Assembly (NCBI RefSeq): GCF_009914755.1
Contig: NC_060926.1
Strand: one strand, 5' to 3'
DNA: 64,000 bases
From: the human T2T-CHM13v2.0 reference genome, Homo sapiens
Part shown: one piece after another, positions 16,780-32,529 of the stretch
Position numbering within the stretch: position 1 is the first letter of the stretch
Layout of the letters: each line of letters starts with the position of its first letter
Position numbers and translations under genes: made by a program
The notes under the pieces: generated by a model
The model's database searches: none
The model's input: the letters and a program-made list of their open reading frames with translations, nothing else
What the model was told of the DNA's origin: nothing

Positions 16780-18245
16780 AGTGTACTAGTGTTTAGAGAT
16801 ACTGCAAAAGCTGCTGGGATGCTGGGACTGCATTTCCTCTGTAGTTGGAAACCTAGTAATTAGATGTAAGCATTCACTCAACTCAAATTTTAGGCACCTG
16901 GAATTTGAGTGGTAGTGGGATATTTAGATGCAGATATATTGTGGACAGTGGTGTGTAAAAGTCTAGTACTCGAGTTATGTTTGGACTTAGAGATTTGGAA
17001 GCTAGAAGCAGTTAGGTTTTAATTATAGCTGTGGGAGTAGGGGGTGAGGTCACCAACAGGGAATGGTGGCTTCAGAGGCTACTAAGGACTAGTCAGAGAG
17101 GAAAGAAGAAAATATCTAGTAGTATGTGGTTCCTGGAAGCCAAGGGAAAGGAGATCTTGGTGAGTCATCAGCAGGATCAGGGGCTGCATGCAGAGGTCAG
17201 ATGACACAAGGATTGTAATTTCCAAGAAGTGGTGGTGTTGGAGAAGGGTGCTGTGCATTGAAGGAGTGAAGGGCTGATTTGGAAGTAAAGACTTCCAAGT
17301 GTAAACATTATTTAAGAAATGTATCTTGACTGACAGGAGAGGAAGGGTATTCTATTGGGAGTACATTTAAATAATTTTTTCACACTCATTTAGAAGTTCA
17401 CATGTAGAGTAGTTCTGGGAGTGGTTCAGACATATCAGCAATGCCAACCATGACCTATTTCTCTTTGTTCTTCTGCTGTGCCACCTCTATAGCTTCTCAG
17501 CTGTTGTCCTTAGGCTGGTACTCTTCTGATTTCAAATGGTTCACATCGTGTTTTAATGCAGGACTCTGAGTGTAACCAAGTTAGTCACCATTCTGAAGCA
17601 GTGAATAGTTTTTAGCAAACACCTAGATACTCTAGTCCAAAGCTACCTTTATTTCTTAGTTGAATTACTGGGATAATCTTGTCTCCCTGATACCTTTTTT
17701 CCCCTTGTAAAGTTAGTTAGCCACACAGCAGCCAAAGTGATCTTTTTTTTCACAGATAATAACATACTCCTGTTCAAAACAACATTGCTTTACATCCAGA
17801 ACGTAATCCAGAGTTCTTCCCGTGGCCTTTGAGGTCCTATGTGTGGTCCCTGATAGCCACTTGACCATTGTTTCTTGCCACTCTTCCTCTTGCTCACTCT
17901 GTTCCAGCCACACTCCTTGCTGGTCTTTAGATATGCTGAGCACATTCCTACCTTTGGGTCTTTGCATTTGCTTATTTCCTTCTAATTAGAACACTCTTCT
18001 CCCAGTTCCAGGGTTTCCATGGCTCCCTTCCTCACTTTATTCAGGCCTTTGCTAAACGAAACTCTACAGAGACGGTCTCCAGGCTTTTCCATCCAAATAG
18101 CATCTATTGTCATCTTCTCACCTTGTCTTGCTTCAGTTTTCTTCATAGGTTAATCTGTTTGTATATCTCAATAGAATATATCTCCCATACGTGCAGGGAC
18201 TTGATCTATTTTGTTGATCTCAGTATAACTAATATTTGTTGAATT
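16780..18245. mobile_element. L2 fragments (antisense ~16780-17340; sense ~17590-18245)
   Basis: ttggacttagagatttggaag... (antisense); cactctgttccagccacactcc...aatatttgttgaat (sense). Confidence 0.55.
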
Positions 18246-18325
18246 GAGTTAAATTAACTCAATTTGATTGAGTTATTTATTTGATGATAATGAAAAGAAA
18301 TTGTTGATACAGCTGAATCTCATGA

Positions 18326-18526
<201 letters not shown>

Positions 18527-19634
18527 TAACATTGAGTAGTTAAGTATTTATGTCTGTTATAATGTTAGCATTTGTGTCATTTTATTAATATATGGCTAAA
18601 TTAGTCCCTCAGAGTCTGTTTGTAGTAGGCATTTCCTTAAAAAATAAAAAAGGACATTAAAATTAATGGCAAAATAGTTATAGTTGTGAGGTTGAAAATA
18701 TATCATATAGATATATTTTAAAAAGTACAGAACTTAAATTTGTATAGTTGTAAATCCTTTGTTTTAATCAGCTTGTATTTGCTGCTGTAGTTTTTTTTAT
18801 ATCTAAATACAATTCAGGTGAACAGGTAACTTAATTTATCCACTAAGTATTTGTTGAGCTTCAGTATTCGGTCTCTGATTTTTCTTGTTAATACAAACTC
18901 CAGTGGTAGCAGTGGAAGGTAGAGTGGAGTGGGAAAGAGACTGATGGAGGAAACCAGATGGAAGTTTGAGGGACTGTCAAGGAAACATTGCCAGAGATGC
19001 AATTGGTATTCTGATGACCGATAGGGTACAGTGGTTGGATATTTTTGATGCTTTTATGCACAGAAATTACAAACATACACGCACACACACACTCACGTAA
19101 TTGCTATGGTACTGAACTTGGGGATGGAGGAATGTCTCTTACGTATGCATACATTTCAGAAAAAATTAAGTGCAACAATTTTCTTACAGGTTTGCCTCAG
19201 TTACCTTCTATATTTTGGTTATGGGGGCAGCTCTTGAAGTATATACAAATACTTACACATTTTCTGTATATTAAGATCTAATTTATTACGTAATCCAATT
19301 CCCACAACAAGAGTCTTATCTGTAAAATTTCTGGCAGATAGTTGTGGATTCTACTTTAACTCTTCTGGTTGGCAACCCACTAGATGTAAAGACCATTTCC
19401 TCCTTGGATGATTTCTTCTGTTCTTCAAAAGAACCCTGTATTATTATTTGTTTAAGCCACTGTTTCTTGTGCCTCAGTACTTTGCTTCAGCAACGCTTAT
19501 AATTCCTGAGTGCTTTTAAGTAGGACGGGAAACAGCATTCCTTCCTGCAAGTGTGCGCCTCCTTGCTTTTGGGTTGAGCTGTAATTCTTTTTCCCTCCCA
19601 TCCCCAGCATCTGCCTATCCTCTGTTTTCACCTG

Positions 19635-19670
19635 TCTCTCTCTCTCTCTCTCTCACAAACACATACACAC
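19635..19670. repeat. (TC)n(CA)n compound microsatellite
   Basis: Seen directly. Confidence 0.85.
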
Positions 19671-19759
19671 TTGACCAGCAAATTGATGCCCTGGGGCCCT
19701 TCCATGTGCCTTCAAGCTTGCTCCCATTATAGGGCACTTTTGGCATAGACGACACCTGA

Positions 19760-19936
<177 letters not shown>

Positions 19937-20161
19937 TGAAATACTAAAAAATCATAGTGAATTGTAATGCATTTTTTTCAGTCAGTATGACAGTATATTG
20001 CGAGAGCGATGGTTCATTTTAAAATGAGCTTTAGCCTTTTAAGTGCTTCTTAGACTATAAGTACATTAAAATAATTTATAATAGGCTTTTTGATCTAAGA
20101 ATACCATTGAATTTTAAAAATAAGGATCACTTTATATGGATCACTTTTTCTTATTTTGTAG

Positions 20162-20293
<132 letters not shown>

Positions 20294-21547
20294 TAGTGCT
20301 AGTGAAAAATATATTGTTGACAAGGTAGTTTATGTAGGATTTATTCCTTATTGATTATAAATATTGCCTTAGGCGCTATGGGATTTCTTCAGTCTTGTTT
20401 TAGCTTGCTTTCTTATTTACTAAGCACTCAACTTAATTTCAGCTTCTGTGTGTAATTATCAACTTGTTTGCCTAAATACCTTCTTGTTAAAATAAAAATT
20501 ATTTTCATGATATCTGTTGGTGAATTCATTGACACTTGAAGCCTATTGAGAGCTAGGAGGGAAAGTGTGAGATCACCTCCTTTTAAGCAAGCTGTATAGT
20601 TACCTCCTGAGTCCTCAGGGAAAGTCTGGCCTAAACACCAAACAAAGTGACAGAGAAGCTGGTGCAGCTTTGAATGACTTAAGAGGGGCTGTTCATCCTT
20701 ACATAATATAGGGGCCTGGGAATAAGACAAGGGAAATGGGGCAGCAGTGATTTTCTGGCTCCTTATAACATAGGCTGAGTTTGTTTGGAAATGATGGGAA
20801 TTATTGTCGGGTACCTAAATGCTTACGTCAAGAATAATTACATAGTTACTTCAAAGTCAAATATAAATAATCAGTAGTTTCGTAGTTTCTTTCTATAATT
20901 ATAGTTTCTTTAGTATCCAACTTAAATTCTTAGTTCACTTAAAAATGACGTATAATTTAAAGTTGTGGAGGAAACATTATTTTAAGTCATTAAAGTATAC
21001 TTCACAGTAATGGACCTAGCAAGCAAAATGCAGCACAGACAAGGAAAACTTCCTGGTGCAATATCGAAAGTCAAATAGCCAAACAAAAACCCCCAAACGT
21101 TGCATGGTCTTTTTGTGAGCAAAGAATGTGGTACTGTATATTTTTATAAGATAAAGTTAGGACATTTTGAAAAACCATTTCAGACGGTTGTTCGTTTATT
21201 TTGTGAGTAGGTTTTAGTTCAGAATTAGTAAGATAAGCAAAGCAATATAAAGAATATCTTACAATTTATATGAGTATCTAGATATATTTCTGCTTTTAAA
21301 AATTATTTTTGTGGAAACTTTATTTTTAAACTAATTGTGGTTCGATTTTAAAAGTTTGATCTTGATAGGATACATCTTTTTGAAAAATTCACAAAAGGTT
21401 TTTTCCTTCTTGCTGAATCACATCCACAGTTGAAGAGTACTTCTTTTAAAATGGCTTAATATTGCTAGAAATGTTAATCTAATGCTAAGTGAATATGTAA
21501 GGCAGCTGTTATTATTAACTATGTTAAACTCATTTTTATACATTTAG

Positions 21548-21688
<141 letters not shown>

Positions 21689-21776
21689 TAAGTAAAGACT
21701 CTCTACCTCCTTCTTTCTCCTCTTGATAATTTAATCATTTAGTTCACATTAATAGCCCAATTAATTGAGATAGTTA

Positions 21777-22137
<361 letters not shown>

Positions 22138-22145
22138 TCCATCCT

Positions 22146-22454
22146 GGCTGAACACGGTGGCTCACTCCTGTAATCCCAGTGCTTTGGGAGGCCAAGGCGG
22201 GCAGATCACCTGAGGTCAGGAATTCAAGACCAGCCTGGCCAACGTGACAAAACCACATCTCTACTAAAATTACAAAAATTAGCCAGAGTGGTGGCATGTG
22301 CCTGTAGTCTCAGCTGTTAGGGAGGCTGAAGCAGGAGAATTGCTTGAACTCCCTCGGGAGGCAGAGGTTGCAGTGAGCCGAGATCGTGCCACTGCACTCC
22401 AGCCTGGGTGACAGAGTGCGAGACTCTTGTCTCAAAAAAAAAAAAAAAAAAAAA
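22146..22454 (+). mobile_element. AluS (Sx-like)
   Basis: Full dimer plus poly-A. Confidence 0.92.
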
Positions 22455-22465
22455 TCCATCTTGAC

Positions 22466-22690
22466 ATGGGAGGATTGCTTGAGGCCAGGAAATCAAGACC
22501 AGCCTGGGCAACATAGCAAGATTCCTTCTCTGCTTAGCTGGGCATGGTGTCATATATCTGTAATCCCAGCTACTTCAGGGACTGAAGTAGGAGGATTGTT
22601 TGGGCCCCCAGTGGGAGGATTATTTGGGCCTGGGAGCAATGACTGCACCACTGCACACCACCCTGGGTGAAAGTGAGACTCTGTCTCTTT
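22466..22690 (+). mobile_element. 5'-truncated AluJ with an internal 17-bp duplication
   Basis: ggaggatt(g/a)tttgggcc at 22590-22606 and 22614-22630. Confidence 0.8.
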
Positions 22691-23127
22691 AAAAGACAAG
22701 CAAACAAAAAACCTTTGTAATAGTATGAGCAGTTTAAAAAACCTGCAATGTCATTAAAAGTGTGTTTTCACTTAAGATTTTGCTATTTGTGAGTTTATAT
22801 TTTCTGTGAACACTTAGGGAGTTTTAATTATTTTGAGAAATAGTTTCTCTTTTGCTTTTATATTTATTTCAGTATGAATATAATTAAATGTTTTGTATTT
22901 AAAGCTTTAAATGATCAGTTTTGTTCCAGCTTGTATTTGTGTAGTGTTAATAGAGTACATAGATTTATGATTTGATCATAAAATAGCTTAGAAGTTAGAA
23001 AATGGAAGTATGACATTCAAAGTATTTTTTATGGTAATATTAATATAGTTTTCAGATGCTTCACATAATTTAGAACTTTGTAAGTTTTTTTCCTGCCTTA
23101 CGTTAGTTATTTCTTCAGTGAGTTGTA

Positions 23128-23417
23128 AAGTCGGCCCTCTGTATCAACAGGTTCCACATCTTTAGATTCAACCAACCGTGGATCAAAAGTATTCTGGGGA
23201 AAAAACAATAAAATATAACAGTGGAAAAGAAAATACAGTATAACAACTATTTACAATGAATTTATATTGTATTAGGTATTATAAGTAATCTAGAGATAAT
23301 TTAAAGTATTTTGGAGGATGTGTGTAGGCTTTATGCAAATACTATGCCGTTTTATATAAGGGACTTAGGCATCTGAGGGTTTTGGTATCCAGAGGACTGG
23401 ATGCCAAGGGATAACTG
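23128..23417 (+). mobile_element. MER2-like Tigger MITE
   Basis: ta|aagtcggccctctgtatc...gattcaaccaaccgtggatcaaa...gggataactg|ta, with TA TSD. Confidence 0.75.
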
Positions 23418-24050
23418 TAAAAGCTGATTTGAAAAGTCTGTTAATACCATTTTTAAAAAATTGTCACCGTGTAGTCTTCACCTTTTGCAAAGATTTTTTT
23501 TTTTAAGTACTACCTCTCCTTTTTGATCAAGGCAGTATGCAATCTTTGTATTAGTGTATTTTCAGAAACATCAATTAGATGTTTAACTTGTTTCCTTTTT
23601 TAAATGCTTCACAGATAATTTACTAGATTATTTTTAACAAACAATTCAAAGCTTGAATTAGTGAAACTTCAAAAACAGATTGTGGTATACAAATTATACA
23701 CATTTCTAATAAAGTACATTAAAGCAAAAATTAATTTGATTTTAATACATTTCATAAAGATGATAGAATTGTTCAGTATTAATATATGATAAATATTTTA
23801 TGTAAATAATGATATAAAAGTGGCCATAAGCAAGGGTTTTCCTGTCACTATACAAAACTAAACCTGACAATTCAAATTCGAATATCACTTGAAAAGCTCT
23901 TAAGAGGAAATAATAAATTCTTTACCTTGTTGAACTTCAAAAAATTAACATTTGGGGCTCAAGAGACTCTCCAAATTGGCTGTGTGACCTTGGATAAGTA
24001 ACTTAATCTCAAAATCTCTCATATCAAAACTGGGGGATTAGTTTAAGTGA

Positions 24051-24368
<318 letters not shown>

Positions 24369-25944
24369 TAGTAAGGTGTTTGTGAGGCAGAATAATGGTG
24401 GATTCCAAGTACTATGATCATTGATATCAATTTTTAGAATGTATTAGATGCATCTGGAGTCAATAATTTATCTGGAGAAGTTTTTATATCAAACTGATAG
24501 GTAATATTAAAAACCACTTAGCATTTTGGAAGAGAAACTTTAGTAACAAACACTGACTGTTTTGTGTACATTTATTTTCTCACATCAGTGATTAAATTTC
24601 TTTTTATGTAGAAAACTTAAGGTGCTTTTGTTTATTTGTGTAGGTGAGTATATTAAGGCTCAGGTTCAGAAATGTTTATGAGGATTTCTGTAAGTGTTAG
24701 AGAAGGAACTAAGTTCTGGTCTAGGGAATATTATTACCAGAGTTTATCATGTGGTTGTGTTTGAGGAGGAGATCTACCAACTAATCAGCAGTTCTGAGAT
24801 GAATCGCATAGGGCCTCATGCGTCCCTTTTATGGGAGAAAGTTATTTTGCTTTCCGGTACAGGATACAGCTGTGCTTCTCCTACTTTGTATTTGCCATAT
24901 ACGGATAGATACAAAACCTCATGACTGATTTTTCCCTATTTATTTTGAGTGGCTCTGTATACCATTTTCATGTATTACTTCATTTTTCTGTTTTTCAGTT
25001 ATGTTCTCTGTTTTCGTATATTTTTGGAAGCTAGTTCTAAGTCATGTTTTGTAGGAAATAAGCAATCTTAAATACATGCATAGGGGATTTCTTTCTTCTG
25101 AGGATCCTTAATTTCTTCTATTTTTAAGATTCAAATTGAATGATTAATCAGTAACAGTTTATGTTTTAAATAAAAGTCTTTAAAATGTTAAATATCAGCC
25201 TTTCATTTCTGATATTTGGTCTTTGAAGAGGAAACATAATGCAATAGTAATTCATAATAGTGGAGGGTTCTTTCCTCACATCCTTGAAAGCCACCAGTCT
25301 TATTCTTCAGCCTGGCTCTTGAGCTATTGCTGTATTAATTTTAAATAGGGTGTGATAGCATAAGCTGATGGAAGCCTGCAGAGATCTCACTTTGAAATGG
25401 TGATACATTACATGGGAAAAGATTAGAGAGGTGTTTTATACTGCACATCGGTGAGGCCTAATAAGAAAGTAGAATAGACGTAAACCATTGTTTTCATCAT
25501 CCTTTAAGACAGGGATTTCAAACTCAAGAACCAGGCAGCTACCTATTTAAATGAGTCAAGTGGGCCCTAATGTAAGACAATGTGATGGGTAAGGATTGAT
25601 TCTGAGGGAACAGGAGCAGGCATGCCCTCTCTAACAGAGGCCGTCAGTTCTGCTGTACCTGAAATGTGGGCCCATTGTTGCTGGCGATTCCACACTTACA
25701 TCTAAAATTTCCTGATTTTTTAAGAATGACAATAACTAATTTAAAAAAAAAAAAAAAACCTCAATGTAGGCCAAAAAATACGACTCTACAGGCCTCACGG
25801 CCTGTGCTTCACCAATATGTGACTTCTGCTTTTAAGGAATAGCTGGGGATATCTCAGCCTTAGGATAAATAATCATTTTTGGTAATTTAGAAAAATGAAG
25901 CAGTGTATTAGCTACTGTTCTCAAATATCCTTTTTTTCATTTAA

Positions 25945-26040
<96 letters not shown>

Positions 26041-26588
26041 TAACCACAGAGCATTAATTTTTAAAGTATTAAACTTGAAAATTAGTGCTTCACTTTCTTG
26101 CTTTAGAATGTAAACACCCATAAGTGCTCATTTTTGTCCTTTGTGATAGACGTGTTTTATCTCGAACTATATGAATGCATTTATTTTTCTTGTTTCAAAG
26201 ATGTTTCTGAAGAACTATTATTGTTTTCATTTTACTTATTACGTAGATGCAAGTAAGAATTATGGCAAAAACTTGAGAAATGTACTATTAAGTGAATAAT
26301 GTCAATAAATTAGGAGTGATCATAACTTTATTTTGCAGAAGTAAAATTATAAAATTTATTTTATGAAATTGTGGATTTTTGAATGATTTTTTTCTTTTTT
26401 TTCTGAGGGCTTCAACCTTGTATTATTAGAAGGAAATTTTCACTGCAATTCCATAGAAGTCTGTTTATTCTCATGCCATTTAAAATAATGGTCACTTAAA
26501 AATTTATTTGATCCTGTTAAAATATACAAATTATCTGTGTTTTATTGGGATGCACCTTTCCTCTACATTAAGTAAAGATAAAGATTCT

Positions 26589-26892
<304 letters not shown>

Positions 26893-27012
26893 CTAAGGCT
26901 TGGATGTCTTTTAGCTATCTTTAGCAGAATTAGTGGGAATATTTAATAAATTTAGGCTTGGAGTCATTTTGAAATTATCTATAAGAATAAATCTTAATAT
27001 GTAGTAACTCAC

Positions 27013-27315
<303 letters not shown>

Positions 27316-27626
27316 AGTAACTCATTCTTATATAGGGATTTGTTCTATTAATTGCATGACTTAATACTTCTGTCAGTTTATCAATATGATATTTAAGATG
27401 TTGCAGAATCTTTCAAATAATTTGTCTCTTGTATTTATAATTTTATACAACAAATGGAAGATGTTGGGTTTTAGAGTTTAATTTTTTTCTCAGAATAGAA
27501 GTTTGAAAACATAAATACTTATGGTTTAGCAACTGAGATTTTGTGCCTACTGTTAAATTGATAAACTTTGTTCATTCATAGTGTCTGCCTTTTTTCCTTT
27601 GGGAAGTTCTAATTGGATTAAAATAA

Positions 27627-28082
<456 letters not shown>

Positions 28083-28255
28083 TGAGTTCTCAAAGATGGT
28101 TCAGCAGCAGTGGTATTTTAAATTACTCTTAGATAACCTTCAGTCATTGTTTCCTGCCTGTGTTTCTGACATCTAGAGATTAGTGGATGGAGCTCTCACA
28201 GTCTGAACTGCACCCTTGCCTTGCCCAGGAGAATAGAGGAAAGCCAGGCAGCTCA

Positions 28256-28600
<345 letters not shown>

Positions 28601-28987
28601 TTATATCCCACTAGTTTATTTTATGAGCTATGTCTCAAAATCATACTCTTCTCTCTTTGTCTCTCTTACTTGATCATTGGTCAGGCCTGTACCTTCTGCC
28701 ACCCTCTCCCAATAATTTCTCTGTTGCCATGTTTACCCCCTTAAACACACCCTCTCACTGCCACCATGTAATTACTAAACATGGATCTTACTGGCCACAA
28801 CCATTTAATGTCTCCTAGAAGCTCAGTTCAGGGTGCCCCTGTTAACATTGTTCCCCTCTTCACCTTCATCGTCAGTTGTTTTCCTCCTCCTCCTTGATGC
28901 AGCTGAAATTAGAGCTGATGTTCTTCTGGCTTTTGCCAGTGTTGTTGCACCTGACCTCTCACTTTTCCCTTAGGACTCGGCTCAAGC

Positions 28988-29125
28988 AGCTGAGCATAGT
29001 GACTCAGGCCTGTAATCCCAGCTACTCGGGAGGCTGAGGTGGGAGTATCACAGGAGCCCAGGAGGCCGTGATTGTGCCACTGCACTCCAGTATGAGCAAC
29101 AGAGTGAGACCCTGTCTCAAAATCT
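28988..29125 (+). mobile_element. Alu monomer (FRAM/AluJ arm) within an L2 remnant
   Basis: cctgtaatcccagctactcgggaggctgagg...gagaccctgtctc. Confidence 0.8.
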
Positions 29126-29409
29126 CAAAACCAACCAACCAACCAACCCTCAGCTCAGGCCTCACTTGCAAGAATTTTTTCCAAATCCCCAGGTTGGAGA
29201 GTCTTAACACTTAGCGCTACCATTGTAGTACCAATGTATTGAAGTAATACGTTTTTGCATTATGCATGTCTCCAGATAGGTTGTGAACTTGCAGATGGCA
29301 TTGAATATCTTCTTCACCTGCCTGGTACTAATGGATACCAGAAATAAACCTGTTCAGAAGAACATACTTGAAGCCCTGCTAATGGAGTCCATTAAGTAGA
29401 AGTTAATTG

Positions 29410-29712
<303 letters not shown>

Positions 29713-29826
29713 TGTTTTTCTTTTAAAAGCATGTATTTAGCAGTACAAAAATTAGGGCCTAATTTTAATATGTGCTTTTAATTTCAGCATAACCATTAAT
29801 GCTTAATTTTGCAAAGTTTTAAATAA

Positions 29827-30048
<222 letters not shown>

Positions 30049-31156
30049 TAAGAACGTGGAATTCATACTACTTTTACTTAAAATATTTGATGTCCATAGA
30101 CATTTCCTACCTGTATGGACCTTCTTTGTAAAAATGTTCCGAGAACTCTTCCTATCTGTTACTTGTGGGAATGGCCTCCTTCTCATTGCCGCCATTAGCT
30201 GACTCTTTTCCTTGTAAGGCTTCCCCTGATCTTTCTCTCTGTCCCTGTTTTCTGCTTTACGTCTCACTGCAGTGTCCCATGGAGGGAGGTGAAGAAAATA
30301 AAACCTTCCTTCCTGCTGCCTTGGTACCCCTACCTACCTGTCCCTCAGCAGGGGAAGCTTCACAGAACTACTCCAGAGGAATGGGGAGTAAAGAAGTGGC
30401 AGTGAGGAGTGTGCTGCTTACTTACTCCTGCTCTACACTTGAGCCTGCTCGGCACTCCAGGCAGGTCTTGGGGCTCCTATGTAAGCTGTGTTAAGCTGCA
30501 GCCTAAACACACAGCCTCCCCACCTCATGATGATGAAGAGGCAGCTGGGAACCTGTCTACGACAGTTGACATGAATTATTATGGGAAAATAAAATCTGTT
30601 ATCAGGAAAACTAATTTAGAAACAGATGTTGGGGGTACAGCCCAAGTTAGAAATGAATTGCATTTATTTATAAATGATTCTGGTCTTTAGCCATTTAGTA
30701 TTTTCTTTAGTGATGATACAGATCTGGATTTATTCATGTGATAGTAACCAGAAGCATCTTCTTCCTGATGTTACTATTTTATGGCCTTCAAAAAAGTATT
30801 TGCCTTCGTTGGGCATAGTCAGAGTTCCTCTATCAATACAAATTCTGATGATAACAAAAGAAAAAAAAGAATATATTCACATCATTTTGATTCGTTGCTG
30901 AATTTTTAAGATAGTTTTTAATTTATGTTAAATTTTAGTTTTTTAAAACACATGCTATGAAATACTGATAGGGTTTAAAGGTGAATATTCTAATATTTGT
31001 AACTTTCTTTTAAAATGTGTACATGGCAGTATTCATAACAGTTTTTCATAGTTGAAATTCATCATGAAATGTCAGATTGAAGTTTATTTAGCAACGAACT
31101 CTGCCAAAGCATTGGAAAATATTATGAATCAAACAGTAAAACTGGCGGTTGCATGA

Positions 31157-31525
<369 letters not shown>

Positions 31526-31951
31526 TAAGGTTTAGGGTTCATTACTTTCTGCTCAGAAACCATTTCTACCGTTAGTATATGGAAGAGTAAACTTATCAGT
31601 CCCCCATTCAAGCCTTGCTACACAAATTAACCACTCCCACCAAACTGATGTACATGTATCTTGAATGTTCTTGTCTCTGCAACCTTTGCTTTCTGGGTTA
31701 CCCTTTCTCTTATGTCAGCTGTTCTTCAAGGCCTTGCTCAGTTTTCTGGCCACACTAGCCCATAGTGATCAGGCCAAAACTCCTTTTGAAACTTTATACA
31801 ATGTTAGAGTACTGGTAGTTGGTTGTACTAATAGTTTCATAACCATTTTTGGTGGGGTGAGGAGTGCCCAAGACTAGTTTAATATTGTTGGTCTAATAAA
31901 AACATCTGTGTCTTTTGAGTTGTTGTGTCAAGCATAAAACAAGCGTGAATT

Positions 31952-32277
31952 ATTTTTTATTTTATTTATTTTTTTAAGAGACAGGGTCTCTTCTGTTGCC
32001 CGAACCAGAATGCAGTGGCAGTCATAGCTTACTGCAGCCTTGAACTCCCAGGCTCAAGCGATTCTTCCCTTCAGCCTCCCAAGTAGCCGGGACTACCAGT
32101 GCATGCCACTATGCCTAGCTAATTAAAAAAAATTTTTTTGTTGTTTTGTTTTGTTGTTGAGATGAGGCCTCACTATGTTGGCCAGGCCAGTCTTGAACTC
32201 CTAGGCTGCAGCGATCCTCCCAACTTAGCTTCCTGAGTACCTGGGACTACAAGCATGTGTCACCATGCCAGGCTCCA
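31952..32277 (-). mobile_element. Alu (AluJ-like)
   Basis: Antisense diverged dimer. Confidence 0.88.
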
Positions 32278-32529
32278 GCATTTACTTTTTAGTCTCTTCA
32301 CATTTCAGTAATGTCAGATTCCACACAGTCTTTTAAGTCAGCCCTGTGGTACATGCCTTATTGGTTTTGCTCATAGTGTATATTCCTTTGGAAACCACTC
32401 CTGAAATATTTTTAATCTTTGAAGACTGAAACCTTGTGTATTATTTCTATGTTTACTTTTACAGGTTAGAGTTAATACATCTTTTTTTACTCCCAAGGCA
32501 CTTTATGTCTTTAATTTTGCATATTTCTT

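Noticed and set aside
19377-19390. CCACTAGATGTAAA, CTCF-like
   Set aside because: Lacks the GGC 3' half of the core motif
25511-25830. Possible hAT DNA-transposon relic (cagggatttcaaactca...gtgacttctg)
   Set aside because: Too diverged to assign from memory; not listed as a feature
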